Shown in pieces: positions 45,284-58,330 of a stretch of DNA of 64,000 nucleotides; position 1 is the stretch's first letter; the number at the start of each line of letters is the position of its first letter. The DNA is from Strigamia acuminata (lineage: Eukaryota), in NCBI GenBank assembly GCA_949358305.1, contig OX442314.1:2542001-2606000 (forward strand), in the 5' to 3' direction. The position numbers and the translations under genes are program-made. Under the pieces are notes generated by a model, which did no database searches, had not been told where the DNA came from, and saw only the letters and a program-made list of their open reading frames with translations.

Positions 45284-46084
45284 ATAACGACGAGCACTAC
45301 GATGACGTGGCTTTGGTGCAGGTAGTCCAAAAAGATCGGGGTTTGGCGCAGGTTGTCCAAAAAGAAACGGGTCTGGCGCAGGTATTACCGGCGGGGGCCT
45401 CTGTGTAGGTCACCAAAAATTAAAGGGCCAAGGCAAGTTAAATGTGTGTAGATGATGGCGCTGTTGAGTGAAGACTTCAGTTTTGTAGCTGACGCTTGTT
45501 TCGACGCGGTGTACGGAGGTGCTGAAAGATCGAAGACAGACTTGCTCTGAATTGGCGATGAAACTTGTTTGGGCATCGCTCCGGTCGTCTCCTGTGAGGG
45601 TTGAGTGGTTAGTGTAGACGTGCGAATCGAATGAACCTATGAAAAGAAGAATTTTAAACTTGTTTTACAATTTTAGGGGCGTTTAACAGATTTTTGTCGA
45701 TTGATTGGATTTAATTTTTGTTCTTAAAACTGGTTTTTATGTTTTTACATTTGAAGTGCATTATTTCGATTGAAACGTACATATTTTTCCCAGAAAAATG
45801 CATATTTTACAAGGGCAATGCTTATTTTACACGAAAATTGCTCAGTTTACATAAAAAGTGCATATTTTATATTTAAGAAATCGTAAATGCAATTCCTGCT
45901 AATTATTTTACACTAAAAAAATTGAAAAAGAAATTTTAACATACAAAAACTACTCGTTTTTCTCATTCTAAAATATTTTTTAAAGAAGCATTTTTTTTAT
46001 TAACATCAGAAATCAAGTTTTCCAGTAAAAAAAATCACTTTTCCATTAAAAAATGCACATCTCTCCGGTTAAAACAAATACTTT

Positions 46085-46740
46085 GCTTTTTTAGATTTAC
46101 ATTGATTTTTTCAAATTTTCATTGATTTTTTTTTTAGATTTACATTGATTTTTTGAGATTTTCATTGATTTTTTGAAATTTTTATTAATTTTTTGAAATT
46201 TTTATTGATTTTTGAGATTTACCATTGATTTTTTGAGTTTTACCATTGATTTTTTGAGATTTCATTGATTTTTTGAGATCTTCAATGTTTTTTTTTAGAT
46301 TTTCATTGATTTTTTGAAATTTTCATTGATTTTTTGAGATTTTCATTGATTTTTTAAGATTTTCATGGATTTTTGAGATTTTCGTTGATTTTTTTTGGAT
46401 TTCATTGGACATGACCTCTGGTCTGAGCAAAAAATGAACCAGAATGCTGAAAAAGGAATTTTAACATACAAAAACTACTAGTTTTTCTCACTCTAAAATA
46501 TTTTTTTAAAAAGCAATTTTTTTTATCAATAACATCAGAAATCTAGGTTTCCAGTAAAAAATTCATTTATCGTTGGTTAAAAAAATACATTAATTTTATT
46601 TGGATTTACATTGATTTTTTGAGATTTTCATTGATTTTTTGAGGTTTCCATTAATTTTTTTGATATTTTTAATGATTTTTTGAGATTTTCATTAATTTTA
46701 ACGGATTTCCATTGAATTTTTAGAGATTTTCACTGAATCG
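46085..46740. repeat. AT-rich ~20-bp minisatellite (TTTTCATTGATTTTTTGAGA) in two blocks
   Basis: Visible tandem copies. Confidence 0.85.
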
Positions 46741-47253
46741 CAGACATTTTCATTCATTTGCAGACACTACACTAATTTTTTTTCGCCGGCCGCCACTATT
46801 TATCCAATTATCTATCATTACCCCACCCAGCGTTCAATTTTTGTACATCCAAACTAAAACAAAAAACAATAATAAACCAAAATGCCCCAGTCTTCTTGAC
46901 AAGATAGTCACATTTAATGCTCAACAGATGGCTCTATCTGTTTAGTTACTTGACTACCGACAATTTGCTGATCAGCTCATGTTGCGCGCGCTTTTTCAGT
47001 TGAGACAATCGGAGATTCGTTAGGCTTATTTGAATTCTACGAATTGAGGTACGTAAGACATGCCATTAAATAAATTAGGACGTGGAGATGTACTTTTCAC
47101 TGTTTTATGATCTGTTAGTTCTTGAAGACTGTCCAAATATGTACGGAACATTCAATTTCTTGCAGGTTGAGAGTGCATCCATTTTCCGTGTGATGAACGT
47201 TGTGATTGCCAATGACCGACCTAGCTACAAATCTCGTTATTTTTCTATTTAAA

Positions 47254-47856
47254 ATGGAGCAAAAAAACAAGGATTACAGTTGCAATTTGTGTGATTTTTC
47301 GTGTTCATATTATTGTCTTTTGAAACAACACGTGCTCAAACACACAGGTGAAAGGCCTTTCCAATGTCAAACATGTTCACTTTCCTTTCGGCTAAAACGA
47401 TGCATGATTGTCCATATGAAAATTCATACAGGAGAAAAACCATTCGAGTGCCATTTGTGTGATTATTCCTGCAGTCATAGTGGATCTCTAAAACTACATT
47501 TATTAACCCATACGGGAGAAAAACCATTCAAGTAACATTTGTGTGATTATTCCTGCAGTCAAAGTAGTAGTTTAAGAAAACATTTATTAATCCATACGGG
47601 AGAAAAACCATTCAAGTGTCATTTATGTGATTATTGCAGCAGTGAAAGTGGAAATCTAAAACAACATCTATTAACACATACTGGAGAAAAACCTTTCGAG
47701 TGCCATTTGTGTGATTATTCCTTTATTTTAAGTTCAAATTTAAGAAAACATATTGCAGTTCATACTGGAGAAAAACCATTCAAGTGCCATTTGTGTGCTT
47801 ATTCAAGTAGTCGAAATGATACTCTTAAAAAACATTTAACAAAGCATACAAAGTAA
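47254..47856 (+). pseudogene. Tandem C2H2 zinc-finger gene (7 fingers) with an in-frame stop at 47533
   Basis: HTGEKPF linkers; TAA replaces the first Cys of finger 4 and the frame continues. Confidence 0.85.
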
Positions 47857-48699
47857 AAATCACATTGTTCATTAAGTTCATAATTCTGTAATACCAATTT
47901 TATTTCAAATGACATTTTGTTTTAGTTTTCAATTTCTTTCATTCACAAATCAAAACCTGCTACTTGCCGCGTTTGTATATTTTTCTCATTTCATTTCCAG
48001 TTATTTATGGTGAACGACACATGAAAAATTTGTGCTTCATCTTGCAATCGAAATGGGAATTTGAAAATTCATTTAAAAGTTCATACCGATGAAAAACCGT
48101 CTACCGGTACATCGTGCGCATTAGTGGAAATGCGGTGCCGACTTTAACCCTAAGATGGGCAACCTTATACCTATTTTGGGACAATGACAACACTCTTCTT
48201 GAATAGGAAAACCTTTTTTTGGTTTTATATAATTTTCTGAAAATTTCTGACTTTGTTCACACAACAATGTTTCATTCCCAGAAATTTTCGTCTATATTTT
48301 AGCGTGGATACCACAAACCTTGTGAGTGTTAACCTTCCCATACATAAACAATAGCTATTAATTTTATTTTGATTATACCGAGAATACATTACACACGAGG
48401 AGTGCTTGTGTAATTGCGGACGTGCATTACAGACCGGGCTGAAGTTGGCAGAACATTCGATTCGCCCATCTAGGAGTAGGACGGAACCTATTGTTAAAAC
48501 GTAAAACATGTCTCAAACGTAAAATACTCGGTTCCACAGCACGTAGGTGCATAGGGTAAATGACCCTCGTAGACACCGATTTTCCAAATTTCAAATCGTT
48601 TCGACGAGCCGTTTTCTAGATATCGCCTTTTTTCGGCCAGCAGACTATTCAAAAAATGCGTAAAACTGTAAGTTTCAAATCGATCCAATAATTCGTTTT

Positions 48700-49366
48700 G
48701 GACACACTGGTGAAAAGCCTATCAAATGTCAAACATGTTCACTTTCCTTTCGGCTTAAACAATACACCATTCAAGTGCCATTTGGGTGATTATTCCTGCA
48801 GTCAAAGTGGACATCTAAAAAGACTTTTATTAACCCATACTGGAGAAAAACTATTATTGCAGCAGTGTTGAAACTGAAGTTCCTGTAGAAGCCAACGTTT
48901 AGGGGGGATTGGAGATGGCGCCATGTTTGGCCACTAGAGGGTCACTTCGGTGACCCACTCTGTACTGGGACATTTTATTTAGGGATTAAGGGTGGGGAAT
49001 AGAACATTTCTTATTTCCTGTTTTAAATAAAATTATTCACTGTCAAATGTAAATCCGTGTGAAAGCGTGCTTTATTTGTCATCCACAAGAATCAGCCAAA
49101 TTTCGGAAACATCGTGAATCCAAAGTAACTTTTATTTGTCCAATATTGTCTTAGGAGTTGCAAAAGCAACAAGCAGTGACAGTGGAAGTTTAAAAATACA
49201 TTTATTAACCTACACAGGAGAAAAACCATTCAAGTGCCATTTATGTGATTATTGCAGCAATGACAGTGGAACTTTAAAAAGACATGTATTAACCCATACT
49301 GGAGAAAAACCATTCGAGTGCCATTTGTGTGCATATTCCTGTATTCTTAAATTCAAAACGATTTAA
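48700..49366 (+). pseudogene. Fragmented C2H2 zinc-finger paralogue interrupted by a solo LTR
   Basis: HTGEKP linkers on both sides of the insertion; frameshifts. Confidence 0.75.
48866..49171 (+). mobile_element. Solo LTR (306 bp)
   Basis: TGTTG...CAACA; 5-bp TSD AGCAG (48861-48865, 49172-49176); internal AATAAA. Confidence 0.85.
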
Positions 49367-50168
49367 TTTCTTTTTTTATTGGTGCATTTCAATTTGATTT
49401 TTAAAAATAACTACGGAGTATTATATAAACATTTTTTTATCAGAATTCCTTTCAACCGGTGTTGAAAATGTTCCCTGTAGAAAATATTCCTGTTAAAAAA
49501 ATAAGGTTGAATGGAATCCTGCTTACCATGAATATGTGTTATTGTTTCTGTATTTATTTATTTATGCATTGAAAGTTCTGTAATTAAAATTAAAATTAAA
49601 ATTTAAGAAAACTAAAACTTGTTTTACCGGTAATTTGTTTCATCTACGAAACCTGTGTGTGCACCGTCGGGTGTGGGTTTGTTGTAACATTGGTTACCAT
49701 ACCTCACATCGCACTTTCTCGTTTGTGCACGATTTAATGCATTTCTATTACGTTTTAAAGGTATCAAAATTTCTAAATACTTGAAAAATGGTAGCAGATG
49801 TGCTGATGATGGTTGAAAGCAGATACTAATCTGTGGTTTTCTTTTGACTGCGTTTTATTTATATATTTTCCAGGTTATAAACGTATGGTGCAATTGTGCT
49901 CGGGCGACGAACGTTAGGCCTAACAGATGAACTCCATTCGACTGTGATTCTTGTCTTCCAGGACTCATTACGACTGGATTCTTTGTGATCAGGGATCTCT
50001 ACTGACCTCACAAAGTATATTTTTTAAGTTTAAATCAGTTACAGGTTTGTAAACTAATTAACTATTTATTTGAGTGGAGAAAAGCGAGTAGATTGATCAG
50101 AAGAGTTGTTGAGCAACAAGTTAAAAAATTAATTTCTTTTTTCAAATTTTAGAACCTGAAAGTCAAAA

Positions 50169-50939
50169 ATGGAAAGAAAACTTCAAAAGTACAGTTGCAA
50201 TTTGTGCGACTATTCGTGTTTATCTTATTATCTTTTGAAACATCACATGCTCAAACACACTGGTGAAAAGCCTTTCAAATGTCAAACATGTTCTCTTTCT
50301 TTTCGGGTTAAACAATGCATGATTGTCCATATGAGAATTCATACTGGAGAAAAACCATTCAAGTGCCATTTGTGTGATTATTGCAGCAGTAAAAGTGGGA
50401 GTTTAAGAAGACATTTATTAATCCATACGGGAGAAAAACCATTTCAGTGCCATTTGTGTGATTATTGCAGCAGTGAAAGTGGACACTTAAAAAGACATTT
50501 ATTAACCCACACAGGAGAAAAACCATTCGAGTGCCATTTGTGTGATTATTCCTGCAGTCAAAGTGGGAGTTTAAGAAGACATTTATTAATCCATACGGGA
50601 GAAAAACCATTCAAGTGCCATTTGTGTGCTCATTCCTGTATTGGAAGTGGGGATTTAAGAAAACATTTATTAACTCATACTGGAGAAAAACCATTCAAGT
50701 GCCATTTGTGTGATTATTGCAGCAGTGAAAGTGGAACTTTAAAAACACATTTATTAATCCATACTGGAGAAAAACCATTCAAGTGCCATTTGTGTGATTA
50801 TTCTAGTACTACAAGTAGTAATTTAAAAATGCATTTGTTAACTCATACTGGAGAAAAACCATTCAAGTGCCATTTGTGTGATTATTCTAGTAGTCGAAAT
50901 GATACTTTTAAAAAACATTTAAAAAAGCACACAAATTAA
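50169..50939 (+). CDS. Tandem C2H2 zinc-finger protein (9 fingers)
   Basis: Intact ORF of 28-aa CxxC..H...H units with TGEKPF linkers. Confidence 0.9.
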   Translation: MERKLQKYSCNLCDYSCLSYYLLKHHMLKHTGEKPFKCQTCSLSFRVKQCMIVHMRIHTGEKPFKCHLCDYCSSKSGSLRRHLLIHTGEKPFQCHLCDYCSSESGHLKRHLLTHTGEKPFECHLCDYSCSQSGSLRRHLLIHTGEKPFKCHLCAHSCIGSGDLRKHLLTHTGEKPFKCHLCDYCSSESGTLKTHLLIHTGEKPFKCHLCDYSSTTSSNLKMHLLTHTGEKPFKCHLCDYSSSRNDTFKKHLKKHTN

Positions 50940-51869
50940 AAATCACATTGTTCATTAAGATCATAATTCTGTAATTCTAATTTTATTTCAAATAACATTT
51001 TGTTTTTGTTTTTTAACTCAACATTTTACCTCAATCTGTTTAATCCACAAATCAAAACCTGCTATACTCAAAACCACCCCAACGTTGATCTATTTAGCCT
51101 GTTTACGCTTAACTTTGTACTGTATTCTACTACGTGGAAAAGTAGTTCTTTGTCAAAGCATCACCTTTGACAATGTCTGGAGTTCGATTACAATTCTGGT
51201 GTTTTGGACTACTTTTTTGTGCCACTACACCAGTGAAATAGATCAACGTTGGAGTGGTTTTGAGTATACTTGCTGCGTTTGTATATTTTTCTCGTTTTAT
51301 TTCCATTTTTTTATGGTGAGCGACACACGAAAAACTTGTGCTTTATCTTGCAATCGAAATGAGATTTTGAAAATTCATTTATAAATTCATACCGGAGAAA
51401 AACCATGAAATTGCCATTCGTGTGCTTTCTCCTCGACTCAAAGTGAGGATTTAAATAAACATTTATTAACCCATACGAGAGAAAACAATTCAAGTGCAAT
51501 TCGTGTGCATATTCCTGTATTCTTAAATTCAAAACGGTTTAATTTCTGTTTTTATTGGTGCATTAATGCATTTCAATTTGATTTTTAAAAATAACTATAA
51601 AAAATATTTTTTATCAGGTCGAAAATATTCCTGGTTGAATGGAATCTTGCTTACCATTAATACGTGTTATTATTTCTGCTTTTATTTATTTATTTATGTG
51701 TTGAAAGTTCTGTATTTGAAATTGCATTTTGTCTTCAACTCAAATTTAAGGAAACTGAAACTTGCATGCACACTAATGTTAAATCCAAAAGACTTGCACA
51801 TGCAACATGCCATTACTGTGTGCGACAAAAAAAATTGTTTTAATTTTACTAATTGTGTCTATTCGCACA

Positions 51870-54184
51870 GAATCTGACAACGTTAGAACTACCATATGGA
51901 TGTACACTGACAGCTAATGCCTGCAAAAGAATGTGCCAGATTTGCCAAAGCTATCGAGGCTCGATATCTCTGACACTGAGGCTGAAGACGACGTGGCGAT
52001 GTACCACTCGATGGGCTGGTTGCCCAAGGAATCACTCAAGATTTCGTAAAAAAACTGTGCGCAGACGACTCCACCCTCAGAAAAACATTACAACGTTTCA
52101 CGCTTAGCAATGAACTTCCACTAGACTGCTTCCGTTTGATATTGAACACGATGAAATCCATAAGGCCAATAATAAAACGCCCCCCAGAAAGTATGCAATC
52201 CCCGCAAAAGAATACGAACTGCCCCCCTCTTTTAGATCCCCCCAAAAATATCTACTTTTCCCCCCTTAAAGTTACGCTACCCCCCATTTTCTCGAAACCC
52301 CCAAAACAAGGCGTTTTATCCTCGGTACGTCGCATTCACGTTTTTGCGATAACGTTTGTGCGGCTTATGTGTCTGTTTGCATATATATACCAGCTTCATA
52401 TTCATATTCTTTCATATTCCTTCAGCAATGGCGATGACTTCACAACCATGTGTGTTCGCTAATTCCGATCCCGAATCAGATTCAGAGGAACCTCGAAAGC
52501 GCCGGAAGTTTGGATTGAAATGGGTCAAACAGAAAGTATTTGACAACATCGACTCGGCATCGTTGGCTCTAAAAGCTGAGCAGATGTGGGAAAAGCGACA
52601 AAACTTCACCACGCTCGAAGGAAAAAAAATTTTCTACGACTGCAAATTTTCACGGGAGTGTGATGCGAAGAAATACTTATTTCTGAAGGCCGATACTGAT
52701 TCTGTCTTACTGATTCCTGGTCTTAAAAAGACACTGCGCGAAAATGACATAGACAAGTACCTCCCACCTAAAAAATTGGCGCCACTTCAATACCTACATA
52801 CTGTCGAAGAACAGTTTATGGCTTGTTACCATAGAACATAACGACTGGGAGAAAGGGACTTGTACGTGTCAAATTTTTTTTAAGACCTACATGTGTAAAC
52901 ACATTTTAGGTATAGCAATTGGTGAGAAGCTATACTCTGTTCCACTTGAGGCAAAAAATGTTCCTCTAGGAGAAAAAAGGAAACGTGGCAGGCCGTCTAA
53001 GGCTAAAAAGGCACTATTTGTGCAATAACTGCAACTTCTTGGGGGATAATTGATTGATTTCAGATTTTTGTATTTGGGGGAAATTTAGTTTTTTGGGGGC
53101 CCAAAAATGTATTTTGGGGACTAAGCGGATTTAATTTGGGGGGCCAAGCAAATATCTTCGGGGAGCAAACCGGTTAATTCAGGGGGGCCATTAATAGCAA
53201 TCCAATCAATAATATTCTTGGACACTGACGATTCCAGGTGGCTCAAAGCGCTGCAGCCGATCGGCGCGCTACCGCAGCAATACTTTCTGACAAGATTGGT
53301 CTTCCAGTACCCCCACGACGACATTGAAGACGAAATGGAGATAGCCGCTCTCAAGTGTCCTAAAGTTTCCGCAATCAACATCGCCCCTTACATCTTCACC
53401 CTCAAAATGCTGCAGAGTTTGACGAAATTCAAGAAGTTGAATGACTTGGTCGTCTTTATGGGCGATGACGCGGACGTGATAGCGAAGCAAAAGGATGCTT
53501 TTGATCGAGTTTGTTTGCGAGATTTACGGTTTGATAACTTGGCCGAACTTACCCTGTTCGATCAACACGATCGGTGGGTTACCTCTGGTTTTTTGTTCGA
53601 GTTGTTGGCCATGTGTCCCAAATCTAGAGAAACTTGGTATTTTGCAGTGCTTGGGCTTCACTAACAAAATTGCGTACGAGTTGGCCGACGTGATGGCGAA
53701 AAGGAGCGCTGGATTTTCACCGATCTGTGCGGCTGTCAACTATTTTTTCTCGTTTTTGTTGTGGCCATTTTTTGGCAGTCCAGTCATGGCGAAGACACTG
53801 AAACGTCTGGAACTTGTGGAGTGCGATTTGTTGGGGCAATCGGGGATAGAGGATCTCTTAAAAATCGGTTCTCTGAAGGAGTTAGAAGTCAGCTTGCGCA
53901 TTAATAAAATGAGAAGACAACATTTTGACGTTGGTGCGCTGCAGTTAATGGCTGAAAAACACGGAGTGAAGCTGGAATTAGAATTTCTAGACCCGAACGA
54001 TGTACTTGAAGATGATGTACTTGAAGATGATGTACATGAAGATGATGTACATGAAGATGATGTACATGAAAATGATGGTGGCAATGATGGCGATGAGAAC
54101 AGCGATGACAACGACGATTGGAGCGACGTTGAGAGCGACGACTGGAACGACGTTGTGAGCGACGATGGTGACGTTGGCGACTAA
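51870..54184 (+). pseudogene. LRR (F-box/LRR-like) gene with an acidic tail, frameshifted and interrupted
   Basis: NLTTLELP, LSRLDISDT, CPKV, CVPNLEKLGIL, LKRLELVEC, LKELEVS; EDDVL/EDDVH repeats. Confidence 0.55.
52170..53190 (+). mobile_element. Internally deleted MULE/MuDR-like element; boundaries approximate
   Basis: SWIM motif CTC...CKH (~52861-52902) followed by the AT-hook KRKRGRP; C-run left and G-run right imperfect inverted ends. Confidence 0.65.
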
Positions 54185-55772
54185 CGAGTTGTCAGAGGCT
54201 GCGTGTCTACATTAATTCGATTTCTTTGTATTCAACAATAAAAAGTCAATATGCCATGTCGAACAAGTGTCATATGTTCTTTCCCAATGCAAAATTTGAT
54301 TTTGAGTTTTTTTCTTAAAGTTTGCGGTCACAAGTTAAAGGTGAGTATCAAAGGAGGACTTAAACTGCACACTCAGTGGCCGAACGTGAACAAAAAATGA
54401 CAAAAAGAAGAAATATAGTCAATTAGAAAATAGACTTAATTATTCAATAATCGCTGCTTCTATTTTAGACTTCGAAATCTGATGTTTAGAAAGTCTGTTA
54501 AAACGGTCAAGTCCGTCTGTCTGTCCGCGCACTTCCGGTCAAACAAGAAATGACGTAATATGAAGTCATTTCCTGAAGCATTTTGTAAAATGCCGTTTTC
54601 AATGTCAAGATGAGATTTATAATTTCCGAAAACCAGGCTCAATCGATTGGAAATCAAAATCTGCACCAGCCTGTATAGTTTTTAATTCGATTCGGTAAAG
54701 AAAAAGTGGCGTTACAATTCACGAAAGTGGGAATTGTAGTGGGGGAAATTTGAAAATGTTCGTCGCGATACGTTTTTTGTTGTTTTTTTGTGTCCAGATG
54801 GGATTAATAAATTTGGAAACCAGGCCCATTTGATTGGAAATGAAAATCTGCAACGGCCTGTATGTTTTATTTCGGTTGGCCAAAGTCGGGGTAAGTCACG
54901 TAATAATTGTAGAAGGGTAGAAGGGGCTTCAATGCATTACAGATGTTTACTTGTTTGTAGCTGCTTTCGCATCTTTCTGCCCACCCAGACTTTAATAAAA
55001 CGCGACAACATCGTGCAAGAATTCTGCTTTTGCTGGATTTATTGGTCTGTCTTTGCATTTAAATGCTCGTGCGTCACTTGTTGGTTTTGCATGTTCCAAC
55101 GTTGGATGGCAAGTTGCTTGGTTACTAAAAAACTTTGTTGTATTTACTAATTAAAGTTTTCAACCTCATTTGTTGTTTTTGTGGGAGTTTGCAATTTACA
55201 AAAAGTTTTTCTTCAAGAGATTGTTTTGACGGTTCTGCAACCTTCACACTGTTTGTACAGTTGTTGCAACATGGCTTGAAACGACTCCAGCTACGGCAAT
55301 CTGAAGAGTTCCCACTAAAAAATGTATTTGGGGATTAAGTTTAATTTTTTTAAATTGCTTAAAATACATTTTGAGATCAAAATTTTATTATGCCCAAAAA
55401 TTGCCTTTTTTCCATTTAAATTACAAAATTCTGCTTTAAATTTTTTTTAAAATCAAAATTGCAATATTACGCTTAAAATTTGTATTTTTTCAACCAAAAG
55501 TGCAATATTCTACATAAAAATTACAGTTTCTGATCTGACATTGCTTTTTTTTTGTCTAAAATTGCTTTTTTTTTGGTCTACCATTGACTCCATTCCCTTC
55601 TTATGCAATCGTTAGTGCACCACTGTCTGGTGTCCCCTCTTCTTGGTTCGACGTTTTATAAGAGCTTCAACAATAAATGGACATGACTTCTGGTCTGAGC
55701 AAAAAATGAAGCCAGAATGCTGAGATGCGCTCAACTAATCCTCTGAGTGCTTATTTATTGGGTTTGTGTGAG

Positions 55773-57990
55773 CGCCGTCGGGTGTGGGTTTGTTGTGACA
55801 TTGTTTACCATGCCATACATCGCACTTTCTCGTTCGTGCACGATTTAATGCATTTCTATTACGTTTTAAAGGTATCAAAGTTTCCAAATACTTGGAAAAT
55901 GGTAGCAGATGTGCAGATGATGGTTGAAAGCAGATACTAATCTGTGGTTTTCTTTTGACTGCGTTTTATTTATATAATTTCCAGGTTATAAACGTATGGT
56001 GCAATTGTGCTCGGGCGACGAACGTTAGGCCTAACAGATGAATTCCATTCGACTGTGATTCTTGTCTTCCAGGACCCATTTCGACTGGATTCTTTGTGAT
56101 CAGGGATCTCTACACAAAGTATATTTTTTAAGTTAAAATCAGTTACAGGTTAGTAAAGTTACGGTATTAACTATTTTTTTTGAGTGGAGAAAAGCGAGTA
56201 GATTGATAAAAAGAGTAGAGCTAGCCTTGTTGAGCGGTCAGGCAAACAAGTTAAAAAAATAATAATTTTTTTAAATTTTAGAACAAGTTTATTTCAGCGT
56301 CATCAGGAGTCATCTGCTAAAACCTGAAACTCAAAAATGGAAAGAAAACTTCAAAAACACAATTGCAATTTGTGTGACTATTCGTGTTCATTTTATTATC
56401 TTTTGAAACATCACATGCTCAAACACACTGGTGAAAAGCCTTTCAAATGTCAAACATGTTCACTTTCCTTTCGGCTTAAACAATGCATGATTGTCCATAT
56501 GAGAATTCATACTGGAGAAAAACCATTCAAGTGCCATTTGTGTGATTATTGTTCGAGTCGTAGTGAACATTTAAAAGAGCATCTATTAACTCACACTGGA
56601 GAAAAACCATTCAAGTGCCATTTGTGTGCTTATTCTTGCAATCAAAGTGGGACTTTAAAAAGTCATCTATTAACCCATTCAGGAGAAAAACCATTCAAGT
56701 GCCATTTGTGTGATTATTGTTCGAGTCGTAGTGAACATTTAAAAGAGCATCTATTAACTCACACTGGAGAAAAACCATTCAAGTGCCATTTGTGTGATTA
56801 TTCTAGTACTACAAGTAGTAATTTAAAAATGCATTTGTTAATCCATACTGGAGAAAAACCATTCAAGTGCCATTTGTGTGCTTATTCTTGCAATCAAAGT
56901 GGGACTTTAAAAAGTCATCTATTAACCCATTCAGGAGAAAAACCATTCAAGTGCCATTTGTGTGATTATTGTTCGAGTCGTAGTGAACATTTAAAAGAGC
57001 ATCTATTAACTCACACTGGAGAAAAACCATTCAAGTGCCATTTGTGTGATTATTCTAGTACTACAAGTAGTAATTTAAAAATGCATTTGTTAATCCATAC
57101 TGGAGAAAAACCATTCAAGTGCCATTTGTGTGCTTATTCTTGCAATCAAAGTGGGACTTTAAAAAGTCATCTATTAACCCATTCAGGAGAAAAACCATTC
57201 AAGTGCCATTTGTGTGATTATTCTAGTACTACAAGTAGTAATTTAAAAATGCATTTGTTAATCCATACTGGAGAAAAACGATTCAAGTGCCGTTTGTGTG
57301 ATTATTCTAGTAGTCAAAATGATACTTTTAAAAAACATTTAAAAAAGCACACAAACTAAAAATCACATTGTTCATTAAGATCATAATTCTGTTATTCTAA
57401 TTTTATTTCAAATAACATTTTGTTTTTGGTTTTTAACTCAACATTTTGCTTCAATTTGTTTAATCTACAAATCAAAACCTGCTACTTGCTGCGTTTGTAT
57501 ATTTTTCTCGCTTCATTTCCAATTTTTTATGGTGAGCAACACCCGAAAAATTTGTGCTTTATCTTGCAATCAAAATGGGAATTTGAAAATTCATTTAAAA
57601 ATTCATACCGGAGAAAACCATGTAATTGCCATTTGTGTGCCTTCTGCTCGACTCGAAGTGAGGATTTAAATAAACATTTATTAATCCACATGAGAGAAAA
57701 CAATTCAAGTGCAATTTGTGTGCATATTCCTGTATTCTTAAATTCAAAACGGTTTAGTTTTTGTTTTTATTGGTGCATTAATGCAATTCAATTTGATTTT
57801 TAAAAGCAACTATTATATAAATATTTTTTATCAGATTTCCTTTCAACCAGGTCGAAAATATTCCTAGTTGAATGGAATCTTGCTTACCGTTACCTAATAC
57901 GTGATATTATTTCTGCATTTATTTATTTATTTATGAGTATTTGAAATTACATTTTGTGTTCAACTTAATTTAAGAAAACTGAAACTTGTT
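55773..57990 (+). repeat. Duplicated ZNF gene unit (paralogous to ~49663-51765)
   Basis: Near-identical upstream and 3' flanks. Confidence 0.85.
56337..57359 (+). CDS. Tandem C2H2 zinc-finger protein (12 fingers)
   Basis: Intact ORF; repeated 84-bp finger units. Confidence 0.92.
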   Translation: MERKLQKHNCNLCDYSCSFYYLLKHHMLKHTGEKPFKCQTCSLSFRLKQCMIVHMRIHTGEKPFKCHLCDYCSSRSEHLKEHLLTHTGEKPFKCHLCAYSCNQSGTLKSHLLTHSGEKPFKCHLCDYCSSRSEHLKEHLLTHTGEKPFKCHLCDYSSTTSSNLKMHLLIHTGEKPFKCHLCAYSCNQSGTLKSHLLTHSGEKPFKCHLCDYCSSRSEHLKEHLLTHTGEKPFKCHLCDYSSTTSSNLKMHLLIHTGEKPFKCHLCAYSCNQSGTLKSHLLTHSGEKPFKCHLCDYSSTTSSNLKMHLLIHTGEKRFKCRLCDYSSSQNDTFKKHLKKHTN

Positions 57991-58330
57991 TTAATTTGTT
58001 CATCCACGAAACAAAATTTGCCGTTTCTCTATATTTTTCTCATTTCATTTCCAATTTATCATTTCTTCCCAAAACTTGTAAAAAATAAAAACATTTTGTT
58101 TTTCTTTTAAACTCAAAATTGTGCTTCAATTTCTTTCATCCACACTTGCTGTGTTTGTACATTTTTCTCGTTTCATTTCTAATATTTTATCGTGAGTGAC
58201 ACAATCGAAATGGGAATTTGAAAATTCATTTAAAAATTCATACCGGAGAAAAACCGTCTAATTGCCATTTGTGTGCTTTGTCTTCTGTTCGAAGTGAGAA
58301 TTTAAGGGGACATCTTTCAACCCACCCAAG

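Noticed and set aside
45290..45640. Possible minus-strand host exon interrupted by the Copia element
   Set aside because: Acceptor-like site and a short ORF, but no recognisable protein and no clear continuation left of 10555
54380..54900. Promoter-like motifs (CACTTCCGG, TGACGTAA, ATTGG)
   Set aside because: Short motifs with no assignable TSS; insufficient support
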